A stretch of 64,000 bases of DNA from NCBI GenBank assembly GCA_947626845.1, contig CANQTW010000009.1:1850-65849 (forward strand), read 5' to 3'. The stretch's first letter is position 1. Each line of letters opens with the position of its first letter. A program made the translations under genes and the position numbers. The DNA comes from an uncultured Oscillospiraceae bacterium (GTDB taxonomy: Bacteria; Bacillota; Clostridia; Oscillospirales; Oscillospiraceae). The notes beneath the pieces were generated by a model, which did not search any database, was not told the origin of the DNA, and saw nothing but the letters and a program-made list of their open reading frames with translations. Below, one piece after another: positions 29,700-39,162 of this stretch.

Positions 29700-30557
29700 A
29701 TGCTTGAGGTTTTGCTGGACGCGGCTTTGGACACCTTAAAGCTGCTCCCCTTTCTCTTTCTGACCTACCTTGTCCTGGAGTTCATCGAGGAAAAGGCCGA
29801 ACAGGGTTCCCTGAAGCTTGTGCGCCAGTCCGGCGTCCTGGGGCCCATCCTCGGCTCCCTTCTGGGGATCGTCCCCCAATGCGGCTTTTCCGCCTCGGCC
29901 TCCAATCTTTTCGCCCAGCGGCTCATCTCCGCCGGCACGCTGATCGCGGTGTTTCTGTCCACCTCGGACGAGATGCTCCCTATCCTCATCTCCTCGGCTG
30001 TCTCTCCCGTGACGATCCTGAAGATTTTAGGCGTCAAGGCCCTGGCGGGGATGGCGGCGGGGCTTTTGGCGGACAGACTCTTCCACCTCTGCCGGCATGA
30101 GGGCGAGAGGATCGACCTCCACGAGCTGTGCGAGGAGGAGAACTGCGGCTGTGAGGAGCACGGGATTTTCCTCTCCGCCCTCCTGCACACCCTGCAGATC
30201 GCGGGCTTCGTGCTGGCTGTGAATCTGCTTCTGGGGATCGTCCTCCACTTTGTTGGGGAGGACACTCTCTCAAATCTGATCCTGAACAGGCCCGTCATCG
30301 GCCCGATCATCGCGGGACTTGTGGGCCTCATCCCCAACTGCGCCGCCTCAATAGTCATCACCGAGCTGTACCTTCAGGACGCCATGACCGCCGGCAGTAT
30401 GATGGCGGGGCTTCTGGCCGCCTCCGGCGTGGGGATGCTGGTGCTGTTCAGGATCAACCGTCGGGCCATGAAAGACAATGTGAAGCTCCTGCTTTACACC
30501 TTCTTTTCCGCCGTCCTCATGGGCATCGTCCTGGACCTCCTGGGCGCGGCGTTCTGA
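29700..30557 (+). CDS. putative 10-TM metal exporter (ArsP_2 / putative manganese transporter family)
   Basis: Polytopic protein with GIVPQCGFSASASNL and STSDEMLPILI motifs, recalled from PF11449. RBS TTTGGAGG upstream. Confidence 0.55.
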   Translation: MLEVLLDAALDTLKLLPFLFLTYLVLEFIEEKAEQGSLKLVRQSGVLGPILGSLLGIVPQCGFSASASNLFAQRLISAGTLIAVFLSTSDEMLPILISSAVSPVTILKILGVKALAGMAAGLLADRLFHLCRHEGERIDLHELCEEENCGCEEHGIFLSALLHTLQIAGFVLAVNLLLGIVLHFVGEDTLSNLILNRPVIGPIIAGLVGLIPNCAASIVITELYLQDAMTAGSMMAGLLAASGVGMLVLFRINRRAMKDNVKLLLYTFFSAVLMGIVLDLLGAAF

Positions 30558-30644
30558 ACAGTACCGGAGAAAAAGCTTTAAACCGCCCCCTGAACAAACG
30601 ATCCCCCTCCGCAATGAGGGGGATCAGTTATGTTCGCTGACAAA

Positions 30645-31268
30645 TTATCTCACAAAATTGGTGTTGATCTTCTGCTGTCTCTCCGGCGGATTAATACCGG
30701 CGGCGCGGCCCGCCTCGATGCACTTTAAAAGCCAGGCCATATTCTCGCCCAGAATACGCATGGTCTGAAGCCCCTCCAAATCCTCGGCCACCTGGTCGGG
30801 GGTGTTGCCGTGGACCATGGGCCAATACTGGCTGGTGGGGATGGGCATACCGGTGATGTAGAAGTATTTCTGCAGCTGGTCCAGGGCCGCCGTGGTGCCG
30901 CCCCGTCGGGCGGAGACGACGCCCGCACCGGGCTTGGAGCGAAGCTTACTTCCGGCGGAGTAAAATACCCTGTCCATAAAGCTGGTCATCGCGCCGCTCA
31001 TAGCCGCGTAGTGGACGGGCGAGCCGAAGATAAAGCCGTCGTATTGATCGCATATCTCGGTAAATTCCGTGACCTTATCGCCGCCAAAGACGCACTTTCC
31101 CGCCTTCCGGCAGCCGCCGCAGCCCCGGCATCCGGCGATGGGACCATTGCCCAGCCAGAAGAAATCGGTATCGACGCCGCAGTCGTTGAGCGCCTTGGCA
31201 ACCTCGGCCAGGGCGGTGTATGTACAGCCCTTCTCATGAGGACTTCCGTTTACAAGCAAAACTTTCAT
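30645..31268 (-). CDS. flavodoxin-like FMN reductase / iron-sulfur flavoprotein
   Basis: MKVLLVNGSPHEKGCT and a CRGCGGCRKAGKC cluster. Confidence 0.75.
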   Translation of the reverse strand: MKVLLVNGSPHEKGCTYTALAEVAKALNDCGVDTDFFWLGNGPIAGCRGCGGCRKAGKCVFGGDKVTEFTEICDQYDGFIFGSPVHYAAMSGAMTSFMDRVFYSAGSKLRSKPGAGVVSARRGGTTAALDQLQKYFYITGMPIPTSQYWPMVHGNTPDQVAEDLEGLQTMRILGENMAWLLKCIEAGRAAGINPPERQQKINTNFVR

Positions 31269-31299
31269 GTTATCACCTCAGATAAATTGACGGTTATAA

Positions 31300-32427
31300 T
31301 TATGTATTGGTCTCAAAGACCGCGGCCACGTCCTTAAGGGAGCTGACCACCTCCAGGTGCTGGGGACAGGCCCCCTCGCACTGGCGGCAGCCCACGCAAT
31401 CGGACGCCTTGGCGTGCGTCTTGATGAACTCCTGATATTTCTCCTTTGCCGGGTCAGACCAGCTTCTCAGCAGCTTCGCCTTCATGTGGGCGTTGTAAAG
31501 GGAGAAGATTTCGGGGATCTCTATCCCCATGGGGCACCCCTCCACGCAGTAGCGGCAGGCGGTGCAGGGCACGGCGGTGTAGTTGTTGATGATGTCGGCG
31601 CATTTGAAGAGCATGGCCCGCTCATCCTCCGTCAGAGGCTTGAAGTCGGCCATATAGCCGGTGTTGTCCTGAAGCTGGGCCACATTGCTCATGCCGGACA
31701 GCACCACATGCACCTCCGGGAGACTGGCGGCAAAGCGCACGGCCCAGGACGCCAGGGAGGCGCTGGGATCGGCGGTCTTCAAAAGCCGCTCCGCCTCCGC
31801 CGGGAGCTGCGCCAGGGCGCCGCCCTTTACCGGCTCCATGACGATGACCTTCTTGCCGTGCTTTACAGCCGTCTCATAGCACAGGCGCGACTGTACGCGC
31901 TCGGAATCCCAGTCCAGATAGTTGAGCTGCAGCTGGACAAACTCCACCTCCGGGTGGGCGGACAAAATCTTATCCAGCACATCGGCCTTGTCGTGGAAGG
32001 AGAAGCCGATATGGCGTATCCTCCCCTCCTCCAGGAGCTTCCGCTGGAAGCCGAAGCAGTCCAGCCGCTCCACGGTATCCAGCACCCTGCTGTTCATATT
32101 ATGCAGGAGGTAATAGTCAAAATACTTAACGCCGCATTTTTTGAGCTGTTCCTCAAAAATACGCTCCTGCTCCCCCTCCTCCTTCAGCATCATTGTGGGG
32201 AGCTTGGTGGTCAGGGTAAAGGCGTCCCTGGGGTGGCGCTTGACCAGCGCCTCGCGGACAGCGATCTCACTCTGATGGTCGTGATACATCCAGGCGGTGT
32301 CAAAATAGGTGAAGCCCCGCTCCAGAAACATATCCACCATCTGGCACATCTGATCCATGTCGATGCTCTTCTGGTCCTTGGGGTCCAGCGTGGGCAGACG
32401 CATCAAACCAAATCCCAATTTCTTCAT
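31300..32427 (-). CDS. aldo/keto reductase with C-terminal 4Fe-4S ferredoxin domain
   Basis: AKR N-terminus (GFGLMRLP..FDTAWMY). C-terminal CTACRYCVEGCP and CVGCRQCEGACP. Confidence 0.85.
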   Translation of the reverse strand: MKKLGFGLMRLPTLDPKDQKSIDMDQMCQMVDMFLERGFTYFDTAWMYHDHQSEIAVREALVKRHPRDAFTLTTKLPTMMLKEEGEQERIFEEQLKKCGVKYFDYYLLHNMNSRVLDTVERLDCFGFQRKLLEEGRIRHIGFSFHDKADVLDKILSAHPEVEFVQLQLNYLDWDSERVQSRLCYETAVKHGKKVIVMEPVKGGALAQLPAEAERLLKTADPSASLASWAVRFAASLPEVHVVLSGMSNVAQLQDNTGYMADFKPLTEDERAMLFKCADIINNYTAVPCTACRYCVEGCPMGIEIPEIFSLYNAHMKAKLLRSWSDPAKEKYQEFIKTHAKASDCVGCRQCEGACPQHLEVVSSLKDVAAVFETNT

Positions 32428-32549
32428 AAGTCAACCTCCTCATGTTTTTTTAAATTCTATTATAGTTAATTTGAGGAATAAAAGCAAGCGCAACAGTCCA
32501 TAAACGCAAAAAACGCAATAATTTTGTGAAGATTTTTGAAAATTTCCAC

Positions 32550-32578
32550 TTACATTCGGGAAAAATCTATGATATAAT
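32550..32578 (+). promoter_or_regulatory. promoter of the carD-like gene
   Basis: TTACAT - 17 nt - TGaTATAAT. Confidence 0.5.
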
Positions 32579-32635
32579 CATATTATCAGGAAAGTGAGAC
32601 ATTTATTGCGGATGGAAATGCGGGAGCGTGCGATT

Positions 32636-33163
32636 ATGTTTGACATGGGGGCATATATCATATACGGAGGCGAGGGGGTCTGCGTGGTGGAGGACATCGG
32701 TTGTCCCAACGTGTCCGGCGCCAACAAGGACAGGCTCTACTATACCCTGTCCCCTCTTTACCGTACAGGCAAGGTGTTCGCTCCGGTGGACACCCCGGTT
32801 TTCATGCGTCCGGTCATCTCCCGTGAGGAGGCCATCGACCTTATCCGCGCCATCCCCGGCGTCAACGGGGAGCTTTATGAGAGCATGAATCTGCGTTTCC
32901 TCACCGAGCACTACCAAAAGGCCCTTTCGCGGTATGAATGTATCGGCCTTGTGAAGCTCATCAAGGACGTGGTGGAAAAGCGCCGCTACGCCGCCGAGCA
33001 CGGGAAAAAGCTGGGCCAGATCGACGAGCGATTCATGAAGCGGGCCGAGGATATGCTTTACGGGGAGCTGGCCGTGGCGTTGGACATTGACCGCGGCGAG
33101 GTGGACGGCTATGTCAAAAACGCCCTGGCCACCATCGAAGCCGGCGGGGAATTCAACGGGTAA
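32636..33163 (+). CDS. CarD-family transcriptional regulator
   Basis: CarD_CdnL_TRCF-like N-terminus (YIIYGGEGVCVVEDI). Size is typical of clostridial CarD paralogues. Confidence 0.7.
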   Translation: MFDMGAYIIYGGEGVCVVEDIGCPNVSGANKDRLYYTLSPLYRTGKVFAPVDTPVFMRPVISREEAIDLIRAIPGVNGELYESMNLRFLTEHYQKALSRYECIGLVKLIKDVVEKRRYAAEHGKKLGQIDERFMKRAEDMLYGELAVALDIDRGEVDGYVKNALATIEAGGEFNG

Positions 33164-33185
33164 CCGAACCTTCAGGCAATGACGC

Positions 33186-33484
33186 AGGGGCCGCCTCTCC
33201 GGGGCGGCCCCTATAAGGTTGTACAATGCTGTTGTAGGGGCCGATGACCACATCGGCCCGCCGCTCCGCGGCGAATGATTGAATCGGAAGGGGAACCCTG
33301 ACGGTTCCCCTTCCAATCCCTTCTCTCCGAATTTCCGAAAATCCATTAAAAAATCGCGGGCAGGCGGCCTCTACAATTTTTTAACTTTCTGGAATGGTCG
33401 GAGGGAAGGGGTCTGTGAGGGGGAACCGTCAGGGTTCCCCCTCACGTTTAAATGAACCACCGCCGCGCTTTGGCGCGGCGGTGG
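33186..33484. repeat. field of five GC-rich hairpins between the carD-like gene and the tRNA operon
   Basis: Hairpins at 33186-33212, 33234-33259 (GTAGGGGCCGATGACCACATCGGCCC), 33286-33314, 33415-33445 and 33457-33484. Hairpins 3 and 4 share the stem GGGGAACC/GGTTCCCC, and their loops (CTGAC, GTCAG) are reverse complements of each other. Confidence 0.75.
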
Positions 33485-33512
33485 CGGGCTTGCGGAGCAA
33501 GTCCGTTCGCCT

Positions 33513-33559
33513 CCAGAAAAGACAATCCCCGTCCACAGGACGGGGATTGTCTTTTCTGG
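33513..33559 (-). terminator. terminator of the tRNA operon
   Basis: 22-bp perfect inverted repeat CCAGAAAAGACAATCCCCGTCC-aca-GGACGGGGATTGTCTTTTCTGG. One arm overlaps the CCA end of tRNA-Cys. Confidence 0.6.
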
Positions 33560-33631
33560 AGGCGACACCCAGACTTGAACTGGGGAATCAGGGTTTTGCA
33601 GACCCTTGCCTTACCACTTGGCTATGTCGCC
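33557..33631 (-). tRNA. tRNA-Cys (GCA), CCA encoded
   Basis: Reverse complement GGCGACATAGCCAAGTGGTAAGGCAAGGGTCTGCAAAACCCTGATTCCCCAGTTCAAGTCTGGGTGTCGCCTCCA folds as a cloverleaf with anticodon GCA. Confidence 0.9.
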
Positions 33632-33707
33632 ATACAGTACAGTATATGCGGCGATACGCATAAATGTTACTGATATGAGATTGGGGGCGTTGACGCCCCC
33701 AATCTTT

Positions 33708-33783
33708 TGGAGCGGCCTACGAGGCTCGAACTCGCTACCTCCACCTTGGCAAGGTGGCGCTCTACCAGATGAGCTAAGGCCGC
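33708..33783 (-). tRNA. tRNA-Gly (GCC), CCA encoded
   Basis: Reverse complement GCGGCCTTAGCTCATCTGGTAGAGCGCCACCTTGCCAAGGTGGAGGTAGCGAGTTCGAGCCTCGTAGGCCGCTCCA. Confidence 0.9.
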
Positions 33784-33786
33784 GGA

Positions 33787-33862
<76 letters not shown>

Positions 33863-33867
33863 ATAAA

Positions 33868-33944
<77 letters not shown>

Positions 33945-33952
33945 ACATAACG

Positions 33953-34029
33953 TGGTGGGAGTAACAGGGCTCGAACCTGTGACCTCCTGCTTGTAAGGCA
34001 GGCGCTCTAACCAGCTGAGCTATACTCCC
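33953..34029 (-). tRNA. tRNA-Val (TAC), CCA encoded
   Basis: Reverse complement GGGAGTATAGCTCAGCTGGTTAGAGCGCCTGCCTTACAAGCAGGAGGTCACAGGTTCGAGCCCTGTTACTCCCACCA. Confidence 0.9.
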
Positions 34030-34068
34030 CTGTCACTCGTCCCTGCCGCCTTATCAGCGGCAAGAGCT

Positions 34069-34098
34069 ATTATACTAAAGAGAGGCGGTATTTGTCAA
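34069..34098 (-). promoter_or_regulatory. promoter of the tRNA operon
   Basis: Minus strand: A/T-rich tract, then TTGACA - 18 nt - TATAAT, about 40 nt upstream of tRNA-Val. Confidence 0.6.
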
Positions 34099-34200
34099 CA
34101 ACTTTTTTTAAAAATTTTCATTTTATCTTTATGGCTTTTCGTGTATAAATTCTTCCTCTCATTGACAGAATAAGCTTATCCTGCTATGGAGGTTATGAAC

Positions 34201-35160
34201 ATGAAAAAAATACACATTTTTGTTATTCTCGCGCTTACAGCCGCGCTGTGCGCCGGCGCCGTCCCGGCCTTTGCCCTCTTCTATCCCGCGGATGTGCAGC
34301 TCAACTCCGCGCCCGTAGCCGAAAATCTGGCGCTGGAGACCTACCGTCAGGTCAGCGTCTCCGGCGCCTTCAAGGCGCTTGACCCGGAGGGCGATCCGGT
34401 GACCTTCTCGGTGGTCCGTCAGCCCAAAAAGGGCGAGGTTGAGGTCACGGACGGAGACTTTGTCTACACCCCCGCCCAGGGCAAAAAGGGCAAGGACACC
34501 TTCACCTACACGGCGATGGATGACAAGGGCAACGTGTCCAACGAGGCTGTCGTCACCATTGAGATCAAAAAGCAGAAGACCGCGGTCACTTATTCCGACA
34601 TGACAGGCTCCGGAGACGCCTACGCCGCTGTCCTTTTGGCGGAGAAGGGCGTATTTGTGGGTCAGCAGATCGGCGGAAAATATGTGTTTGATCCGGAGGA
34701 GCCCGTCACCAGAGGTGAATTTCTTGTCATGTGCATGTCCCTCTCCGGCGTGGAGATCCTGGATGTGGCCAGGACGGGCTTTTTCGACGATAACGAGATC
34801 CCCGTCTGGCAGAAGCCCTACCTCACAACGGCTCTGACAAACGATGTGGTCAGGGGAAGCGCTCTCTCCGACGGCAGGATCGTATTCTCCCCCAACGACC
34901 CCGTCACCTTTGCCGAGGCCACCGTCATGGTGAACAACGCCCTGGGCATCACCGACGTGGCCCTTGAGGAGGAGCCGGCGGAGCCGGCCTGGGCGGTCCA
35001 GGCCAGCGCGAACCTGACCTCCTGCGGGATCTTCGACACCGTGTCCGACGGCGTCTCGGCCTCACATCTCACAAGGGCGGACGCGGCCAGGATGCTGGAG
35101 GGCGCCATCCGCGTCCTGGAGGAGCGGGAGGATGACTCCCTCCTGGGCTGGTTGAAATAA
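34201..35160 (+). CDS. secreted cadherin/Ig-like plus SLH-domain cell-wall protein
   Basis: Signal peptide MKKIHIFVILALTAALCAGA. Cadherin-like repeat (DPEGDPVTFSVV..GKDTFTYTAMDDKGN), then SLH-like repeats. GGAGG lies 8 nt upstream of ATG 34201. Confidence 0.75.
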   Translation: MKKIHIFVILALTAALCAGAVPAFALFYPADVQLNSAPVAENLALETYRQVSVSGAFKALDPEGDPVTFSVVRQPKKGEVEVTDGDFVYTPAQGKKGKDTFTYTAMDDKGNVSNEAVVTIEIKKQKTAVTYSDMTGSGDAYAAVLLAEKGVFVGQQIGGKYVFDPEEPVTRGEFLVMCMSLSGVEILDVARTGFFDDNEIPVWQKPYLTTALTNDVVRGSALSDGRIVFSPNDPVTFAEATVMVNNALGITDVALEEEPAEPAWAVQASANLTSCGIFDTVSDGVSASHLTRADAARMLEGAIRVLEEREDDSLLGWLK

Positions 35161-35171
35161 CGTCAATATCC

Positions 35172-35199
35172 AAAACCGCCGGGATTGATCGGCGGTTTT
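35172..35199. terminator. bidirectional terminator (SLH protein gene / ogt)
   Basis: AAAACCGCCG-ggattgat-CGGCGGTTTT. Confidence 0.65.
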
Positions 35200-35202
35200 T
35201 CG

Positions 35203-35673
35203 TTAACCGCGATGCTCCGCTTCCAGCGCCAGGAGGCGCTTTTTCACCTCCAGGCCTCCGCCAAAGCCCGTGAGCGCGCCATTCGCGCCCACGACCCGAT
35301 GGCAGGGCAGGAGAATGACCACAGGATTATTGTGACAGGCCATCCCCACGGCGCGGGCCGCGCCAGGTCTGCCGATGAGGCGGGCAAGCTCGCCGTAGGA
35401 GCGTGTCTCCCCGTAGGGGATATCCGCCAGCGCCTCCCACACCAGGCGCTGGAACGGCGTGCCCGCATAGCGGATCGGTACGTCAAAGCGCTTGCGCCCG
35501 CCGGAGAAATACTCCGCCAGCTCCCCTCTGACCCTCTCCCAGAGGGCCAGCGCCGCGGGATCGGGACTTTCGCTCGCCTCTCCCCCGCCGAAATCAAGGC
35601 CGGTCACAGCGCCGTCCTCGATCACGCAGGTAAGCGCGATGCCGGAAAAATTTTCGGTAAATGTGTATTTCAT
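35203..35673 (-). CDS. ogt: methylated-DNA--protein-cysteine methyltransferase
   Basis: Active site LLPCHRVV plus the YGELA helix. Confidence 0.85.
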   Translation of the reverse strand: MKYTFTENFSGIALTCVIEDGAVTGLDFGGGEASESPDPAALALWERVRGELAEYFSGGRKRFDVPIRYAGTPFQRLVWEALADIPYGETRSYGELARLIGRPGAARAVGMACHNNPVVILLPCHRVVGANGALTGFGGGLEVKKRLLALEAEHRG

Positions 35674-35747
35674 AGCTGCCACCGTAAATCAATAATATTT
35701 CATCCTGTTTCCGCAAAGAATAGGGAAAAAAGATAAGGGGCGATCAC

Positions 35748-37049
35748 ATGGAGAGCATATGGACACGGGACATAAAGCCCGCGGTATTTCCAAAGCTGAT
35801 GAACGATATAACCGCTGACACCCTGATCGTGGGCGGCGGCATGGCGGGGGTCCTCTGCGCCCATGAGCTGAGCCTGGCCGGAGTGGACTGCGTGCTTTTG
35901 GAGGCGGACCGGATAGGGCGGGGCATCACCTCCGGCACCACGGCGGTGATCTCCGCCCAGCACAGCGTCCTGTACGGCGATCTCATCCGCCGGTTCGGGC
36001 GTGAGGCCGCGAAGGCCTACCTGGAGGCGAATCTCCTGGCGGTAAAGCGTCTTTCGGAGGTGGCCTGGGGCGTGGACTGCGACTTTGAAATGCGCCCTTC
36101 GGTGCTCTACTCCAGGACGCAGGAGGCCAAAATGCGCCGTGAGGCCGCCGCGGTCAAGGATCTGGGCTTCAACGCCCGCTTCACCTTGGAGCTCCCTTTG
36201 GGGATTCAGTGCGCCGGAGCGGTGGTCTTCCCGGATATGGCCCAGTTCCACCCGCTGAAGCTTTTAAACGCCCTGGCGGAGAAGCTGAGGATCTACGAAA
36301 AATCCGCTGTCCTGAAAATAAAAGACGGCACCGCCAGCACGGAATCGGGAAGCGTTACGGCCAAGAACATCATCATCGCCTCCCACTTCCCCTTTATCGA
36401 CAGGCGCGGGCTGTACTTCATGAAGCTCCGGCAAAAGCGGGAGAGCGTCATGGCGGTGGAAAACGCGCCGAAGCTGGACTGTACGCTTTCGGAGGACGCG
36501 GAAAAGGGGTTCTTTTTCAGGACGTATCAGGACAAGCTGATCGTCGGCTGCGGCTGTCACGACCCAGGGCACGAGGAGGAGGACTACGCGCGGATCAGGC
36601 TCTTTCTCAAGGAGCACGTCCCGGAGGCGCGGGAGGCCTGCCGCTGGGTCAATCAGGACTGCTTCACCCTGGACGAGGTGCCTTATATTGGCCGCTACTC
36701 CCCCGCCACGCCCCATCTGTTCGTGGCTGCGGGCTTCAACGCCTGGGGGATGACCTCGTCCATGGCTGCGGCGATGCTGCTCCGTGACGCCATCCTGGGG
36801 CGGGAGAACAAATACGCCGGCGTGTTCGATCCCGCCAGAGCCATGCCCGCCGGCCCTCTTTTGGAAAATACGGCCCACAGCGCCGCGTCCATCCTCCTGC
36901 CCACGCTCCCCCGCTGTACCCACATGGGCTGCGCCCTCAAGCACAACGACACCGAGCACACCTGGGACTGTCCCTGCCACGGCTCCCGCTTTGCCGAGGA
37001 CGGCACGGTGATCACCGGTCCGGCGGTGAAGAAGGCCAGCATAAATTGA
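35748..37049 (+). CDS. FAD-dependent oxidoreductase with C-terminal Rieske 2Fe-2S domain
   Basis: Dinucleotide fold VGGGMAGV. Rieske motifs CTHMGC and CPCHGSRF. Confidence 0.8.
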   Translation: MESIWTRDIKPAVFPKLMNDITADTLIVGGGMAGVLCAHELSLAGVDCVLLEADRIGRGITSGTTAVISAQHSVLYGDLIRRFGREAAKAYLEANLLAVKRLSEVAWGVDCDFEMRPSVLYSRTQEAKMRREAAAVKDLGFNARFTLELPLGIQCAGAVVFPDMAQFHPLKLLNALAEKLRIYEKSAVLKIKDGTASTESGSVTAKNIIIASHFPFIDRRGLYFMKLRQKRESVMAVENAPKLDCTLSEDAEKGFFFRTYQDKLIVGCGCHDPGHEEEDYARIRLFLKEHVPEAREACRWVNQDCFTLDEVPYIGRYSPATPHLFVAAGFNAWGMTSSMAAAMLLRDAILGRENKYAGVFDPARAMPAGPLLENTAHSAASILLPTLPRCTHMGCALKHNDTEHTWDCPCHGSRFAEDGTVITGPAVKKASIN

Positions 37050-37070
37050 CCGCCCCGCCGCAAACGAAAA

Positions 37071-37110
37071 CGCGCCGGACAGCAACAGCCTGTTCGGCGC
37101 GGTCATTTTA
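37071..37110. terminator. bidirectional terminator (Rieske oxidoreductase gene / esterase gene)
   Basis: 12-bp stem CGCGCCGGACAG / CTGTTCGGCGCG with T-rich tracts on both strands. Confidence 0.55.
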
Positions 37111-37125
37111 TCGCCGGAGCAGCGC

Positions 37126-37866
37126 TCAAAGCTCCAGCTTGCCCATGAAGTACGGCAGCTGCTTCTGCCACCAGCACCAGTCGTGGTTCACGTCAAAGCC
37201 CCAGTAGTCAAACCAGGCGGGGATGGCCTTTTCCCGGCAGACGGCGTCCAGCGCGCGGGTCCCGGCCAAAAGCTCGTCCTCCCAGGCACCCTGACCCACG
37301 CAGAAGATGAGCTGGCTCTGGCGATAAAGCTCCATATACGGGTGGTCGAAGGGCATGTTGGGCAGGAAATAGACCGGGGAGTTGTCATAGATGAGGTCAT
37401 CCATGTAGCCCGGAATGAAGTCGTTGGCGTTGTAGGTGCCGCTGAGGGCCACTACGGTGTCGAAAAGGTCCGGGCGGCGGAAGAAGAAAATACCGGAGTG
37501 GACGGCCCCCATGGAGCAGCCTGTCAGCATCCCCTTGCCGTGGACATCCCCCAGCTCCCGCGCCCTGGGATACAGCTCCAGGGTAATATAGCGGAACCAC
37601 TTCTCCTGCATCTCGATGCGGTGGCGGGGATCGTCGTTTTTGGCCGACCAGCTCTCGCCGTCGATACCGTCGGCGCAGACCAGCATGATCCTCCCCTCCT
37701 CGATCCAGGGCCTCATGCACTCCACCATGCCAAAATTCTCAAAGTCCCAGAAGCGCCCGTTCTGAGGCGGGAACGCGAAACAGACCTTGCCTCGGTTCCC
37801 ATAGACCTTGAACTCCATGTCTCGGTCCAGCTCTCGGCTCCACTCTTTAAAATAACGAACTTCCAT
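37126..37866 (-). CDS. esterase-family (alpha/beta hydrolase, putative esterase PF00756-like) protein
   Basis: 246-aa ORF with a GCSMGA nucleophile elbow. Confidence 0.65.
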   Translation of the reverse strand: MEVRYFKEWSRELDRDMEFKVYGNRGKVCFAFPPQNGRFWDFENFGMVECMRPWIEEGRIMLVCADGIDGESWSAKNDDPRHRIEMQEKWFRYITLELYPRARELGDVHGKGMLTGCSMGAVHSGIFFFRRPDLFDTVVALSGTYNANDFIPGYMDDLIYDNSPVYFLPNMPFDHPYMELYRQSQLIFCVGQGAWEDELLAGTRALDAVCREKAIPAWFDYWGFDVNHDWCWWQKQLPYFMGKLEL

Positions 37867-37883
37867 GATCTTCTCCCTGTCGC

Positions 37884-39083
37884 TTATTTGCTCTTTTTCT
37901 TCGCGGTCACGAATTTAATAAATTCATTGGCGGCCTTCCTGTCGGCGGCGTGGGCGATGAAGGTCTCGTTGCCCATCTGATCCTCCCAGATGGCGGGAAG
38001 CCGCTCGTACTTGACGATATTATCCCCGTACTTCTCAAAAATCTCCTCGTTCGTATGTACATAATCGTACATATCCCGCCTGTCGGCGGTGACGCAGAAG
38101 TGGTCCTCGCCGCTCTCCGGGAGCCGCCGCTCGTCGTAGGCCACCATCTCCGCCCAAATCTCGTAGACATCCGTGGAGTGGGCGAAATTCATCATATCCG
38201 GTGTATAGCTGCCGGCGGGGCGCATGTTGACCTCCAGGCCCACAAAGTCCCCCACCTTGCCAAGGCCCTCCTTGGCCACCTTCAGCTTAAAGAACTCCAG
38301 GTGGATAAAGCGGCTGCGGGCCCCGAAGGACTTGGCCGTGGCCCGGCCCAGCTTGCGCAGCTTCTCCGGCATACCGGCCTCCACATAGTAGGCCAGGTCC
38401 AGCTTGTCGTTGACGATATCCATAATAGAGGGCGGCCAGGCGGTCATGGACTCGAAAAGCGGCTCGCATTTGGAGTTTGTGATGGCGTCGTAGGAATAGA
38501 TGTCGCCGGTGATGAACTCCTCCATCACATACTGGACGGCGGGGAGATGATTGAAAAAGTCCTCAAAATCGGCGTCATTTTCAAGCTTATAGGTGGCCTC
38601 CGCCCCCACGCCGTTGTCGGGCTTGACGATGACGGGATACCCCACAAGCTTTATAAACTCCGCCGCGGCCTTCTTCGTGGTTATTTTATGGCACCTGGCC
38701 GTGGGGACGCCGGCCTTCTTGTAATACTCCTTCATCCCCCACTTGGACTTGAAGCACGCCACCTCCTGGGTGTTCACGCCGGTGGTCACGTTGAAGTCCG
38801 TGCGCAGGCGGGCGTCCTGCTCCAGCCAGTACTCGTTGTTGGACTCGATCCAGTCGATCTTGCCGTATTTAAAGGCGAAGAAAGCCACGGCCCGGTACAT
38901 CTGGCCGTAATCCTCCATGTTGTCCACCCGGTAGTACTCCGTCAACGCCCCCTTGAGGCCGTCGGACAGGCTCTCATAGGCGCTGTCGCCGATGCCCAGC
39001 ACATTGACGCCGTTCCGCTTCAGCCTGTCGCAGAAGCTCCAGTAGATGGGCGGGAATTGGGGGGAGATAAAAATGAAATTCAT
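37884..39083 (-). CDS. ATP-grasp domain protein
   Basis: Pre-ATP-grasp plus ATP-grasp organisation (VIVKPDNGVGA, EEFITGDIYSYD). ATG at 39083 with RBS AGGTGA. Confidence 0.7.
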   Translation of the reverse strand: MNFIFISPQFPPIYWSFCDRLKRNGVNVLGIGDSAYESLSDGLKGALTEYYRVDNMEDYGQMYRAVAFFAFKYGKIDWIESNNEYWLEQDARLRTDFNVTTGVNTQEVACFKSKWGMKEYYKKAGVPTARCHKITTKKAAAEFIKLVGYPVIVKPDNGVGAEATYKLENDADFEDFFNHLPAVQYVMEEFITGDIYSYDAITNSKCEPLFESMTAWPPSIMDIVNDKLDLAYYVEAGMPEKLRKLGRATAKSFGARSRFIHLEFFKLKVAKEGLGKVGDFVGLEVNMRPAGSYTPDMMNFAHSTDVYEIWAEMVAYDERRLPESGEDHFCVTADRRDMYDYVHTNEEIFEKYGDNIVKYERLPAIWEDQMGNETFIAHAADRKAANEFIKFVTAKKKSK

Positions 39084-39162
39084 ATGTAACATCACCTTAC
39101 GCAAAAGTAGTTGTATTTAATACCGCAATGTATTATATCCCCATTCTTCCCACCTGTCAATG

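Noticed and set aside
33371-33673. ORFs 33371-33568(-), 33394-33663(+) and 33452-33673(+)
   Set aside because: They run through GC hairpin repeats, the tRNA terminator and tRNA-Cys. They have no RBS and a repeat-derived peptide composition.
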